A stretch of DNA of 64,000 bases from an uncultured delta proteobacterium (GTDB taxonomy: Bacteria > Myxococcota_A > Polyangia > Fen-1088), in contig CAVYGB010000008.1 in NCBI GenBank assembly GCA_963767925.1, forward strand, positions 1,760,001 to 1,824,000. The letters run 5' to 3'. Positions 40,750-50,455 of this stretch are shown in pieces. The position numbers and the translations under genes were made by a program. Position 1 is the stretch's first letter; each line of letters opens with the position of its first letter. Below the pieces are notes generated by a model. The model saw only the letters and a list, made by a program, of their open reading frames with translations. It had not been told where the DNA came from and made no database searches.

Positions 40750-40913
40750 GGCTGACTGCCCACCTACATCGGCAAGTTCGCCGAGGAATGGAGCGGCGCC
40801 CGGCGGGTCGACCGCGGCGCCTGGACGAATCCAGGGGGGCGACACCGCGGCTGGCGCGGGCCGAAGGACCACCTTCCGCCACCGACGAGAAAACGTTGTC
40901 GCCCAGGTGGGTT

Positions 40914-40949
40914 CGACAGCACCCCACGGCGTGTCGTGGGGTGCTGTCG
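40914..40949. repeat. Perfect 15-bp inverted repeat with a 6-nt loop
   Basis: CGACAGCACCCCACG-GCGTGT-CGTGGGGTGCTGTCG, between divergent genes. Confidence 0.85.
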
Positions 40950-41051
40950 GCGACCGGTGCCGTGGCCCCGAATGAGGGCTGGACGCCGTGGATTCGCGGT
41001 ATAAATCGGTGTTTCTGGGCGCCTGCGAACAGAGAAAGCGCATTTGTGACC

Positions 41052-42164
41052 ATGAAGATCAGAATTCGTGCGGCCGTTGCCGCGATCGTGCTCGGGGCGT
41101 GGCTCGCTGTGCCGGCCGCGCAAGCGAAGCAACCCAGTCCGGCCGAGCTCGGCGAGGCCCAGCGACGTTTCCAGCGCGCGACCGAGCTGTTCGAGGAGAA
41201 CAACCTTCCCGGGGCGCTGGCGGAGTTCCGCCGGGCCCACTCGCTCGCCCCCAACTACCGGGTGCTCTACAACATCGGCCAGCTCTGCTACCTGATGCAG
41301 GACAATCCCTGCGCCTACGGCGCATTTTCCAGCTATCTCGCCCAGGGCGCCGGCGAGATCCCGGAGCCGCGCCGGCTGGAGGTCCAGCGCGACCTCTCCC
41401 GGCTGCAGGCGCGCGTGGCCAGGCTGCGCATCATCGCCGATCGACCGGGCGCCGAGGTCACCGTCGACGATGTCTCCGTCGGCACGACGCCGCTGCTGGA
41501 GCCGGTGCTGGTGGCCGCAGGCCGACCGCGGGTCCGCGTGTCGTTGGAGGGCTACCCACCTGCTACCCAGGTGGTCGAGGTGGCAGCCATGGAGACCGCC
41601 CGGGTCGAGATTCACCTGGGACCTCCCACCCAGAGCTCGGGGCGCGAGGCCCCCTCGGGGACGAGCCCACCCCGCCGGCCCACCGACCCGGTGGCGAGCC
41701 TGCCGACCGCGCCGGTCGAACCGCCCGGCAGCGGCAGCGGCAGCGATCCGGACGTCAGCGCCAGCGATGCCACCGAGGTGACGCAGGCCCCGGACGAACC
41801 TTCCTCCACGGGCACGCTCACCACCGTGGGGATCACCCTGGGCGCGGTCGGGCTCGCCAGCCTGGCGGGCGGCGGCTTCGCCAGCTTCCGGGTCCACACT
41901 CTCGAACGGGAGATCGAGAAGGGAAAGCTCGGTCAGTTCGAACCCTCGAAGCTGACCTCGCAGCAAAACAGGGCCAGACGCTACCAGTCCTGGCAGTGGA
42001 TCGGTTACGGCGCCGGAGGCGCCACCCTGGTGGCGGCCATCGTGCTGGTGCTGATGGATGGCGGCGACACCACCTCCAGAGAGGCAGCGTCGAGCGGCCT
42101 CAGCCTGAGCGGCGCGCTCGGCCCCGGCGGGTCGCCCCAGGTCGGCCTCACCGGCCGCTTCTGA
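41052..42164 (+). CDS. TPR-PEGA domain protein
   Basis: Signal peptide; GALAEFRRAHSLAPNYRVLYNIG; PEGA GAEVTVDD..VGTTPL; two hydrophobic segments; terminal VGLTGRF. Confidence 0.88.
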   Translation: MKIRIRAAVAAIVLGAWLAVPAAQAKQPSPAELGEAQRRFQRATELFEENNLPGALAEFRRAHSLAPNYRVLYNIGQLCYLMQDNPCAYGAFSSYLAQGAGEIPEPRRLEVQRDLSRLQARVARLRIIADRPGAEVTVDDVSVGTTPLLEPVLVAAGRPRVRVSLEGYPPATQVVEVAAMETARVEIHLGPPTQSSGREAPSGTSPPRRPTDPVASLPTAPVEPPGSGSGSDPDVSASDATEVTQAPDEPSSTGTLTTVGITLGAVGLASLAGGGFASFRVHTLEREIEKGKLGQFEPSKLTSQQNRARRYQSWQWIGYGAGGATLVAAIVLVLMDGGDTTSREAASSGLSLSGALGPGGSPQVGLTGRF

Positions 42165-42173
42165 GCCCGCCGC

Positions 42174-43193
42174 TCAGAAGCCGAACTCTTCGTACTGGAC
42201 GATGTTGTTCACGTCGATGAAGAAGTCGACCACCGGCAGGAAGGGGCTCACGGGCTCGCCGGCGAAGTGCTTCTCGATGGCGTCGAACACCTGGGACGCG
42301 TAGTAGGGGCTGGTCGTCATCACCCCGTATTGCAGCCGCGCCTTCACGCTGGCCAGGGCCGCGCGGGAGGCGTCGCAGGAGGTGACGATGATCTCGTCCT
42401 TGGAGGGATCGGTGCCCGGCTTGTACTTGGGGTTCGAGACGGCCGCCTCTTGCAGCGCCTGGACCGCCCCCAGCCCCTCCGTGTCGCCGTGGCCGAAGAC
42501 GGCGTTGAAGTCACAGCCCTCCGCGATCAGCCGCTTGGCCGCCTGGTAGGCCTGGGCGTAGTCGTAATTGCCGTTGGCCTCGCAGGCCACCTCCATGTGC
42601 CCATCGGCCTTCATGGCGTCCTTGCACCCGTTGTTCATCCCGATGGTGTTGCTGCCACCTTCGGTCCCCTTGAGGTGCAGCAGCTTGACGTCCCGGTTCC
42701 CGAACACCTTGCGCAGTTGCTTGCCACAGACCTCCTTGCCGAAGGCGTAGAAGTCGGAGCGGACGGTGGTGAAGTACTTGTCGGAGGCCGCGGGCGCCGG
42801 ATCCTCAGCGTCTCGATTGACGATGATGACGGGAACGTTGGCGGCGTTGGCGATCTCGACCGCCTGCATGGCACGGTTGACCGCCACCGGACCGAGCACG
42901 AGCGTATCGGGCTTGAGCGCCATCAGGTTGACCACGTCCTCGATCTGACTCGCCTGGTGCCGCTGGTCGTCGCTGTCGAACTGGGCCTTCCGGAAGAAGA
43001 AGGCGTGACCGCGCCGGCTGGCCTCGGCGGCCATCTGATCGGAGAACGAGACGAACCAGGTGTTCGGATCGCCGATGGCCGAATAGGCCACGCTCAGCGA
43101 TTGCTTGGAGTCCGAGGCTGGGCATGCGCTCGCCGCCGCCAATAACCCAGCCAATGGCAATAAATAAGCCCGCTCTGATAGTCGCCGCTGCAT
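42174..43193 (-). CDS. Periplasmic sugar-binding protein (RbsB/YtfQ-like) lipoprotein
   Basis: Lipobox ASAC; QIEDV.NL, NVPVIIVNR, SDFY..G, LKGTEG and AVFGHGD..GLGAVQAL. Confidence 0.85.
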   Translation of the reverse strand: MQRRLSERAYLLPLAGLLAAASACPASDSKQSLSVAYSAIGDPNTWFVSFSDQMAAEASRRGHAFFFRKAQFDSDDQRHQASQIEDVVNLMALKPDTLVLGPVAVNRAMQAVEIANAANVPVIIVNRDAEDPAPAASDKYFTTVRSDFYAFGKEVCGKQLRKVFGNRDVKLLHLKGTEGGSNTIGMNNGCKDAMKADGHMEVACEANGNYDYAQAYQAAKRLIAEGCDFNAVFGHGDTEGLGAVQALQEAAVSNPKYKPGTDPSKDEIIVTSCDASRAALASVKARLQYGVMTTSPYYASQVFDAIEKHFAGEPVSPFLPVVDFFIDVNNIVQYEEFGF

Positions 43194-43394
43194 GCTCTCT
43201 CTACTCCGCGTGAAAAGCGCCCGCCTAACGTGAGCGCAAGAAAATTACCCCGAAACTACCGGTGCCGACACGAAATGCGTCAGGAAGGCGCCGCGCGTCT
43301 CGAGATCCCACTCCGAACAACGTTTCTGGGCCCTTGGCAACGTCTGCAAAATCGGTCAAGTATCGGCCGCTTGCTCAGGTCTCACTATCCCACC

Positions 43395-43781
43395 TTGCCC
43401 ACCTTCCTCCGGGTGATCGCCGGGCTGGCCCTCGCCGCCGCGAGCGTCGTCGCTTGTGTATATCAACCCGAGGTTCCCGACGGCTCCATCCGCTGCGACA
43501 GCAGCCAGCGCTGCCCCACGGGAACGATGTGCACCGCTGCCCGCGAGGGCGCTGCTGTCCACCTGGTCTGTTGCCGCAATCCCGGCTGCCAGCCGCGCGT
43601 CGGCGGGACCGGCGCTTCGATCCGGACCGCCGACCAGGAGAGCATGCCCGAGCTCCACGAAACGGAGCTCGATCCGGCACCGGCAAGAGATACGGTCCCG
43701 GCCCAGGCGGGCGACGGCGCGCCTCCCACCGGCGCGCCCGAGCGCGCCGAAGGCAACGAGGGGACGCGCAGCTCGCGGTGA
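43395..43781 (+). CDS. Small Cys-rich lipoprotein
   Basis: LALAAASVVAC lipobox, then YQPEVPDGSIRCDSSQRCPTGTMC...CC...C and a low-complexity tail. The TTG start is uncertain. Confidence 0.6.
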   Translation: MPTFLRVIAGLALAAASVVACVYQPEVPDGSIRCDSSQRCPTGTMCTAAREGAAVHLVCCRNPGCQPRVGGTGASIRTADQESMPELHETELDPAPARDTVPAQAGDGAPPTGAPERAEGNEGTRSSR

Positions 43782-44117
43782 GCCGCGGGTCGGGTACCCC
43801 CGGCCGTTTCGCAGCGGTGTCTGTCGGGCCTCCGGGCTGGTCCAGCGACGCCTAGACGGCGGCTCCAGGCTCGTCGCCGGCGCCGTCAGGCTGGGGTACG
43901 GCGGGTGGGACGGGTTTTCCGAGGGGCCGGTCCGTCATACTTTGCGACACGGATGAACGCCCCCTCACCTTGGGCCGCTGGCGCGGCTGCTGGCTGCCGC
44001 CTCGCTGCCGCGAGACGTCATCCGATCCGGACACGTCCGGGCATCCCCGACCTGGCGCCCCTCGCGAGGGGGAGACGGCGTGAGCCGGTACCCCCTGGCC
44101 GGGCGGGCGAGCGGCAC

Positions 44118-45107
44118 ATGAAGCCTCCGCTCGATTCGCCGGTCGCCATCCTGGCCGTCGACGACGTCGAGGAGAACCTCGTCGCCTTGCGGGGGCTGCT
44201 CGGTCGTAACGACGTTCACGTGCTGACTGCCCGTTCGGGAGGGCAGGCCCTGGAGCAGCTCTTGCGCCACGACGTGGCGGGCGCCCTCCTGGACCTGAAC
44301 ATGCCCGCCATGGACGGCTTCGAGCTGGCCGAGCTGATGCGCGGATCGCCCCGGACGTGTCACATCCCCATCTTTTTCTGACGGCTGCGCCCTACCACCT
44401 GGCCCGCCTGTTCCGGGGCAACGAGGCCGGGGCCGTCGATTTCCTGCACAAGCCGATCGAGCCGCACGTGCTGACCAGCAAGGTCGAGGTCTTCGTTCAG
44501 CTCTACCGCCAGCGCCGGAAGGTGGCCGAGCAGTTCGAGCTGCTGCGCCCGTCGCTCAGCCTGAACGAAGCCTTCTTCGCCGTGCCGGGACACGACCTGC
44601 GCACTCCGCTGGCCACGATCTCGACGGGAACGACGCTGATCGAAACGCCGGGCAGCCGACGAGCCGATGCGACGCGCCTCCCGACGCATCGTCCGCGGAA
44701 GCCAGAAGACGGCCCGCCTCATCGACCAGCTCCTCTGCCTGGCCCGCATGCGCTCGGGCCGCGCCATCCCGCTGGTGCTGCGGGAGACCGATCTTTGCTG
44801 GGTGGTGGAGACCGCGCTGGAAGACCACGACGCCCAGGGCCGCCTGATGACGGTGACGGCCGACGGCGACACCGTCGGTTCCTGGGACACCGATCGGCTG
44901 GTGCAGACCGCCGACAACTTGATCGGAAATGCGCTCCGGCACGGCGACCCTCAGGTGCCCTGGGGCAGAGGGGGGCTGGGGCTCGGCCTCTACATCGTGC
45001 AAACCTTCGTGGACGCCCACGGCGGTCACGTCCCGGTCGTCTCCGCCGCCGAGCAAGGGACCTCGAGCGCGCCGATCCCCCGTCGCCTCCTGATCGGTGG
45101 TTGTTAA
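44118..45107 (+). pseudogene. Decayed hybrid receiver-histidine kinase
   Basis: Receiver ILAVDD...LLDLNMP.MDGFE, frameshift at PIFF; GAVDFLHKP and HDLRTPL, second frameshift; NLIGNALRHG joined almost directly to GLGLGLYIV, so G1 and F boxes are missing. Confidence 0.8.
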
Positions 45108-45227
45108 GTGAAGGTGACTGCCGGCGCGTCCGGCGTTACGATGTGCGGACGAGGTCCCCATGCGCACCCATGAAATCCTGCGCGAAGGCTCGCCTGGTCT
45201 GGCCAGGCGTTTGCTACCGGGTCGTCT

Positions 45228-47165
45228 GTGACGCTGCGAATCCTCCTCCTCCTGGTTCCTTGTTCGCTGGTTCTGGGCTGTGGAGACGGCGAGGGGGCGC
45301 CCCCCGGGATGCCGCTCGCGAGCACGGACGGAAGCCTCCCTGAACGAGGGTCCGCCGACGCCCGCGCGGAAGACGACGCCACCCTGCCCGAGCCCGCGGC
45401 CGACGCGCGAGGCGCGATCGACGCGGGTAGCGCCGATCTCGCGGCGGAGCCGGGCCCGGTGCCCCCTCCCGCCCCGATGCCTCCACCCGCTCCAGCGCCC
45501 ACCCCTCCCCCGCCTCCCTCTCCTCCGGCGCCTGGTTTCCCGCCGGAGATCGACGGCCGCATCGTGATCAACGAGATGATGGCCTCCAACGGCCTCACGC
45601 TGAAGAACGAGGCGGGGCTCGCGGGAGACTGGATAGAGCTTCACAATCCGACCGACCGCGACGTACCCCTCGGCGGCTATGCCCTGACCGATGACTTCAA
45701 CGTCCCGAGCAAGGCCGTCCTTGCTGCCGGCGTCAGGTTGCCCGCGGGTGGGTATCTCCTGCTGTGGCTCGACGGGGCGACCGATCGCGGCCCGACCCAT
45801 CTGCCGTTACGGCTGGCTGCGGAGGGCGGCTCGCTGGGGCTGGCGAGACCGGATGGCTCATTCATCAGCCGGCTCGTCTACGGCCCCCAGGAGACGGATT
45901 TCTCCGCCGCCCGCGAGCCGGACGGCTCCGCCGGCTGGAAGATCGAGTGGCACCCGTCACCGGGCAAGGCCAATCCGCCGGGCGAGGGGCGCCCCCTGAC
46001 CCCGACGACCGCGGCCGGCCCGGAGCCCGTTCCGGCCGCCGGTGACGTCAGCGAAGCGCTGCTGGGCCACGATGCCCTGCCCGAGATCGGGATCCAGGTC
46101 GACGCGGACAACGCAGCCAAGTTGATGGCCCAGCCCACGGTGTATGTCCCCGCCAGCCTGGTCTTCCAGGGCCGGTCGTATGGTCCCGTGGGCCTGCGCC
46201 TCAAGGGATCGGCCTCCTTCGAGCCCTTCGATCGGAAGCCATCGCTCCGGATCAACGTCGACGAGTTCGTGCCCGACGCCCGCTTCTTCGGGCTCAAGGA
46301 CCTCACGCTCAACAACATGCACAGCGACGAGAGCATGATGCACGAGCGGATGTCCTACTGGGTCGCGCGCACCCTGGGCCTGCCGGCCTCGCGGGCCAGC
46401 CACGCGATGGTTTCGATCAACGGAAAGCCGCCCGCGCTCTACATCAACGTGGAGACGGTCAAGCGCCGGATGCTCGCCCGCTGGTTCCGGAACGACGACG
46501 GCGTGCTCTTCGAGGCAACCGACGTCGACTTCACCACAACCAACGCCCTCTATCCGCACGCCGACGGCAGCCCCCGCGACGACATCTTGCACTACGAGCT
46601 CAAGAGCAAGGTGGATGACCGATCGGCGCTGTACGGTCTGGCCAAGGCGCTGACCAACCCGTCGGCCGATCAGGCCATCGCGGAGGCGGGGGCCTACTTC
46701 GATTTTGCCCACTTCCGGAGCTACTGGGCGCTGACCGCCGTCATCGGACAGGTGGACGGAATGCCCTACAGCATCCCGGGCGACGACTATTACGTGTACG
46801 GCAATCCGGAGGACCGGAAGCTCTACCTCCTGCCCTGGGGCCTCGACGAGACCTTCGAGGCGGGGGACCTGGACGTGCTGGGGCAAACCCATTCGGTCCT
46901 GGCCAGGACCTGCAAGGGATCGACGGCCTGCCGCGAGAGCTTCGTCGACCGCGTCTGGGAGTTCATGGACAAGCTGGAGGCCATGAACTGGCAAGGCGAG
47001 CGCGAGCGGATCGCCGCTCAGATCGCGCCGCTCGTCCGGCTGGATCGTCGCAAGGGCTACACCGACACCCAGGTGTTCGCCCAGCAGGAGAACATGAAGT
47101 ATTTCATCCGCGAGCGCCGTTCGAGACTGAATGGCTTCATTCCGCCGACCGGGGGAACGCAGTGA
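45228..47165 (+). CDS. Lipoprotein with lamin-tail domain and CotH kinase domain
   Basis: Lipobox LVLGC, poly-Pro tether, IVINEMMASN...DWIELHN (LTD), VGLRLKG.AS, KPSLRIN, LTLNN, Y.NVE, DDYYVY and LLPWGLD. Confidence 0.88.
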   Translation: MTLRILLLLVPCSLVLGCGDGEGAPPGMPLASTDGSLPERGSADARAEDDATLPEPAADARGAIDAGSADLAAEPGPVPPPAPMPPPAPAPTPPPPPSPPAPGFPPEIDGRIVINEMMASNGLTLKNEAGLAGDWIELHNPTDRDVPLGGYALTDDFNVPSKAVLAAGVRLPAGGYLLLWLDGATDRGPTHLPLRLAAEGGSLGLARPDGSFISRLVYGPQETDFSAAREPDGSAGWKIEWHPSPGKANPPGEGRPLTPTTAAGPEPVPAAGDVSEALLGHDALPEIGIQVDADNAAKLMAQPTVYVPASLVFQGRSYGPVGLRLKGSASFEPFDRKPSLRINVDEFVPDARFFGLKDLTLNNMHSDESMMHERMSYWVARTLGLPASRASHAMVSINGKPPALYINVETVKRRMLARWFRNDDGVLFEATDVDFTTTNALYPHADGSPRDDILHYELKSKVDDRSALYGLAKALTNPSADQAIAEAGAYFDFAHFRSYWALTAVIGQVDGMPYSIPGDDYYVYGNPEDRKLYLLPWGLDETFEAGDLDVLGQTHSVLARTCKGSTACRESFVDRVWEFMDKLEAMNWQGERERIAAQIAPLVRLDRRKGYTDTQVFAQQENMKYFIRERRSRLNGFIPPTGGTQ

Positions 47166-49366
47166 GGTCCTTCGTGACGAGCGCTTCGGCCAGGATGGTC
47201 CTGGCGCTGGCCCTGACCGGCCTGCTGGGCGGGGCCGGATGCGACGACGCCGGCCCGATCCCCTCACGCACCGACGGCCGCACCGCGGATGCCTCGGCCG
47301 GCGCCAGCCCGGACGGCGGCGGCACGGGCGGGGTCGGCGGCGCGGGCGGCGGCGACGCCGCCAGCGGCACGGTGATGGGCGGACGGGGCGGCCAGCCTGG
47401 CGACGCCGGCGCCGCCCTCCCCGATTCGGGCAACGGCCCGGGCCCCGGCCCCGACGGCCGCCCGCCCGACGCTGGATCCGCGGGGGGCAACGCCCCCGAT
47501 GCCAGCCCACCCCCTCCCGCGCCCCCTCCCCCTCCCCCTCCGCCGCCACCCCCAGCGCCGCCGCCACCCCCACCCGCCTGGGCGGAGTTGCCCGGTCCCG
47601 GGCTCAACGTGCAAGGGGGAGAGGCCACCAGCCCGGGAGGCCGCGCCCAGCCAGGCGGGACGGTGCACCTCATCTCGGAGGACGACATCGTGCTCGACCC
47701 GGCCCGGCCGGCCGCGCCGGCGGTCGTGCCTCCCGTGCCGGGCGACGCTGTCGCCGTCACGACAGCAGAGCTGACCGCCGATGTGACGACCCCCCGGGCC
47801 GCGCGGGTCGCCGACGCGACAACCGGCGGCGCCGCGCCGGTTCGCTCCATCACCGCCAGCGCCGGCGATCTGTTCGTCCAGGGTTCGCTGCGCACGGCCG
47901 ACCTGGGAGCGACCCGCCAGGGAATCACCCTCTCTGCCCCGGGCGGCACCGTCTACGTGATCGGCACCATCGACACGAGCGGCGCCTCCGGCAGCGGCCA
48001 GGCCGGTGGGCCCATAACCATCTCCGCCCGCCAGGTGGTCATCACGGGCCGCCTGGTGAGCGCAGGCGGCGATGGTGCGACGACCGGCGGAGCGGCCGGG
48101 GCCATCCTGGTACGCGCCGCCCAGGGTCTCTCGGTCCGCGGGGGGCTCGACGCGCGCGGCGGCGATGCCCGGGACGCCGCCCCGGCGGTCGGAGGCAATG
48201 GCGCCGACGTGACCCTGGAGGCCGGCGGCGACGCCATCGTGGCCGGGGCGATCCGACTGCGGGGCGGCGCCGCGACCGGGCTGGGCACCGAAGCCCGGGG
48301 CGGCGCTGCGGCCAGCCTGAGCATCGCCGCGGCTGGAGCGGTCCATCTCGGCGGCACCGTCGACGGCCGTGGAGGGCTCGCCACCGCCGCTGCGACCGGT
48401 GGAGCCGTGGTGGGTGGGCCGGCTGGCGCGATCCGAGTCGGCCGGGCCGACGGCACCGTCCCCGCCACGATCGCGATCGCCGCCCCCATCCAGGCCGGCG
48501 GGGGCGCCGGCCATGCGGCTGGGGGCAAAGGAGGCACCTTCCGCGCCGAGCCCGACACCGGCTCGGTGAAGGTGGTGGGCCCCCGGGCCATCGACGTCGG
48601 GGGCGGCAACGCCCAGGCGGCTCCGGGTGAAGGTGGGCAGGTCACCATCGCGGCCCGCCGGACCGCCGGCGGCGGCATCAACGTGCAGGGAGAGATCTTC
48701 AACGACGGGGGCAGCGTCCTGGCAGGCGGGCAAGGGCCGGGAGGGAACGCCGGTCGCATCGACTTTCCCCAGGTGGCCACCGCAGCGACAATCGTGCTCG
48801 GGGCAGCCTCCCGGCTCTCCGCGGTGGGCGGGTCCTCCCGGGGCGCCGCGGTCGCCGGAGGAGGGGGCTACGTCTTCCTGTTCAGCAACGACGGCGACCT
48901 CACGGTCGCCGGAACCATCGCGGTGATGGGCGGCGAGGCGCCCGACCCCGGCGGCACCGGGGGACTGGGCGGCTCGGTCTACCTCTGGAGCGATCAGAAC
49001 GGCAACGGCGACGAGGTCGATTCGGGGAACCTCCTGGTGACCCCTACCGGCTTGATCGACGCCTCGGGCGGCAACGGATCGATCGGGGGGGACGCGCGCA
49101 ACGACGGCATCGACGCCACGGTGGCGGAGTTTCCCACCCACCTCGACCAGATCGCCATCTTGCTCGACTGCGACAACGTGGAGGGCGACACCCTGACCTG
49201 GCTGGACAACCGCGGTCGCCTGCGCGCCCGCGGCGGCGCTGCCAACGGCAACGGCGGCGACGTCATGTTTCACGGCATCACCCCCGACGGGGAGGAGCCG
49301 GTGCCGGGAGACATCGACAGCGCCGGAGCCGGCACCGGCAACGAGGGCGACTTCGGGTCCGAATGA
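47162..49366 (+). CDS. Large Gly/Ala-rich repeat lipoprotein
   Basis: GTGA overlap with the CotH gene; lipobox GGAGC, poly-Pro tether, repeated G.I...GG......GG.(I/V).(I/L).A units. Confidence 0.78.
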   Translation: MRSFVTSASARMVLALALTGLLGGAGCDDAGPIPSRTDGRTADASAGASPDGGGTGGVGGAGGGDAASGTVMGGRGGQPGDAGAALPDSGNGPGPGPDGRPPDAGSAGGNAPDASPPPPAPPPPPPPPPPPAPPPPPPAWAELPGPGLNVQGGEATSPGGRAQPGGTVHLISEDDIVLDPARPAAPAVVPPVPGDAVAVTTAELTADVTTPRAARVADATTGGAAPVRSITASAGDLFVQGSLRTADLGATRQGITLSAPGGTVYVIGTIDTSGASGSGQAGGPITISARQVVITGRLVSAGGDGATTGGAAGAILVRAAQGLSVRGGLDARGGDARDAAPAVGGNGADVTLEAGGDAIVAGAIRLRGGAATGLGTEARGGAAASLSIAAAGAVHLGGTVDGRGGLATAAATGGAVVGGPAGAIRVGRADGTVPATIAIAAPIQAGGGAGHAAGGKGGTFRAEPDTGSVKVVGPRAIDVGGGNAQAAPGEGGQVTIAARRTAGGGINVQGEIFNDGGSVLAGGQGPGGNAGRIDFPQVATAATIVLGAASRLSAVGGSSRGAAVAGGGGYVFLFSNDGDLTVAGTIAVMGGEAPDPGGTGGLGGSVYLWSDQNGNGDEVDSGNLLVTPTGLIDASGGNGSIGGDARNDGIDATVAEFPTHLDQIAILLDCDNVEGDTLTWLDNRGRLRARGGAANGNGGDVMFHGITPDGEEPVPGDIDSAGAGTGNEGDFGSE

Positions 49367-49426
49367 GAGGCCCGCCCGGGGCTACCTTCTAAAGAAAGGC
49401 TCGCACACAGACGAATCCTGAGGAGG

Positions 49427-50455
49427 ATGACCGCGCCCGCCAGTCTGCTCCCGGGTGCGTCCAGGTATGCGGTCACTGTGCTTGGCGGGGGCACGGGGTC
49501 GTTCCAGGTGCTCAGCGGTCTTCGGGACCACGACGATCTGGCGCTGGCCTCGGTGGTGGCGATCAGCGATTCGGGCGGGGACTCCGGACGCCTCCGCGAC
49601 GAGTTCGGGATCTTGCCCCCCGGGGACCTGCGCCGGTGTTTCCTCGCGCTCTGCGAGGACTCCGGCATGCTGCGCGAGCTGTTCTCCTTCCGCTTCGAGG
49701 AGGAGGCCCTGCGCGGGCGCCAGCTCGGCAACCTGCTCTACGTCGCCTTGACCCGCATCTACGGCTCGGACCAGCAAGCCGTCCGCGCCCTGCACCGTCT
49801 GCTGAAGGTGCGCGGGCGGGTCTTGCCGGTGTCCTGGGACAAGGTCCACCTGTGCGCCGAGCTGGCCGACGGGCGGGTGCTGTTCGGGGAGACGCACATC
49901 GACCGGCCTCGCCACGACCCCGCCATCCCGATCCGCCGGGTCTTCCTCGATCCGCCGGCTGCCCCCAACCCCGAGGCCCTGGAGACCATCGCCGCCAGCG
50001 ACTTCCTGGTGCTCGCCCCCGGGGATCTCTACACCTCCCTGGTAGCGACCTTCCTGGTGCGTGGCGTCCCCGAAGCCCTGCGCGCCGCCTCGGCGCCCCT
50101 CATCTACCTGCCCAACCTCATGACGAAGCGGGGTGAGACCGATGGATTTTCGGTCTCCCACTTCGTCGAACAGATCACAAAATACGCCCGCCGGGTACCG
50201 GACGCGGTGCTGGTGCACGAGGGCCGCCTCCCCGACGAGGTGACCCGCCGCTACCTCCTCGAGGAGGCGCAGCCGGTGGAGCTCGACGACGACCGGGTCC
50301 GCGCCCTCGGCGTGAAGAGCGTCTACCTGGGCGAGCTCGCCGCCCGCCAGACCACCGCCCGCCACGACCCGGACCAGACAGCCCAGGCGCTGCGCGCGCT
50401 GTTCGCCCGGATCAGCGTGACAGCGCCAGCCCCCAGGGCAGCTCCCCAGCCTTGA
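49427..50455 (+). CDS. yvcK: YvcK/GlmR (CofD-related) family protein
   Basis: VLGGGTG, DSGGDSGRLR, LPPGDLR, GETHID, PG.LYTS and NLMTKRGET. Confidence 0.9.
   Translation: MTAPASLLPGASRYAVTVLGGGTGSFQVLSGLRDHDDLALASVVAISDSGGDSGRLRDEFGILPPGDLRRCFLALCEDSGMLRELFSFRFEEEALRGRQLGNLLYVALTRIYGSDQQAVRALHRLLKVRGRVLPVSWDKVHLCAELADGRVLFGETHIDRPRHDPAIPIRRVFLDPPAAPNPEALETIAASDFLVLAPGDLYTSLVATFLVRGVPEALRAASAPLIYLPNLMTKRGETDGFSVSHFVEQITKYARRVPDAVLVHEGRLPDEVTRRYLLEEAQPVELDDDRVRALGVKSVYLGELAARQTTARHDPDQTAQALRALFARISVTAPAPRAAPQP

Noticed and set aside
47508..47578. C-rich tract (possible G-quadruplex or simple repeat), also near 45460-45530
   Set aside because: Fully explained by poly-proline codons in lipoprotein tethers.
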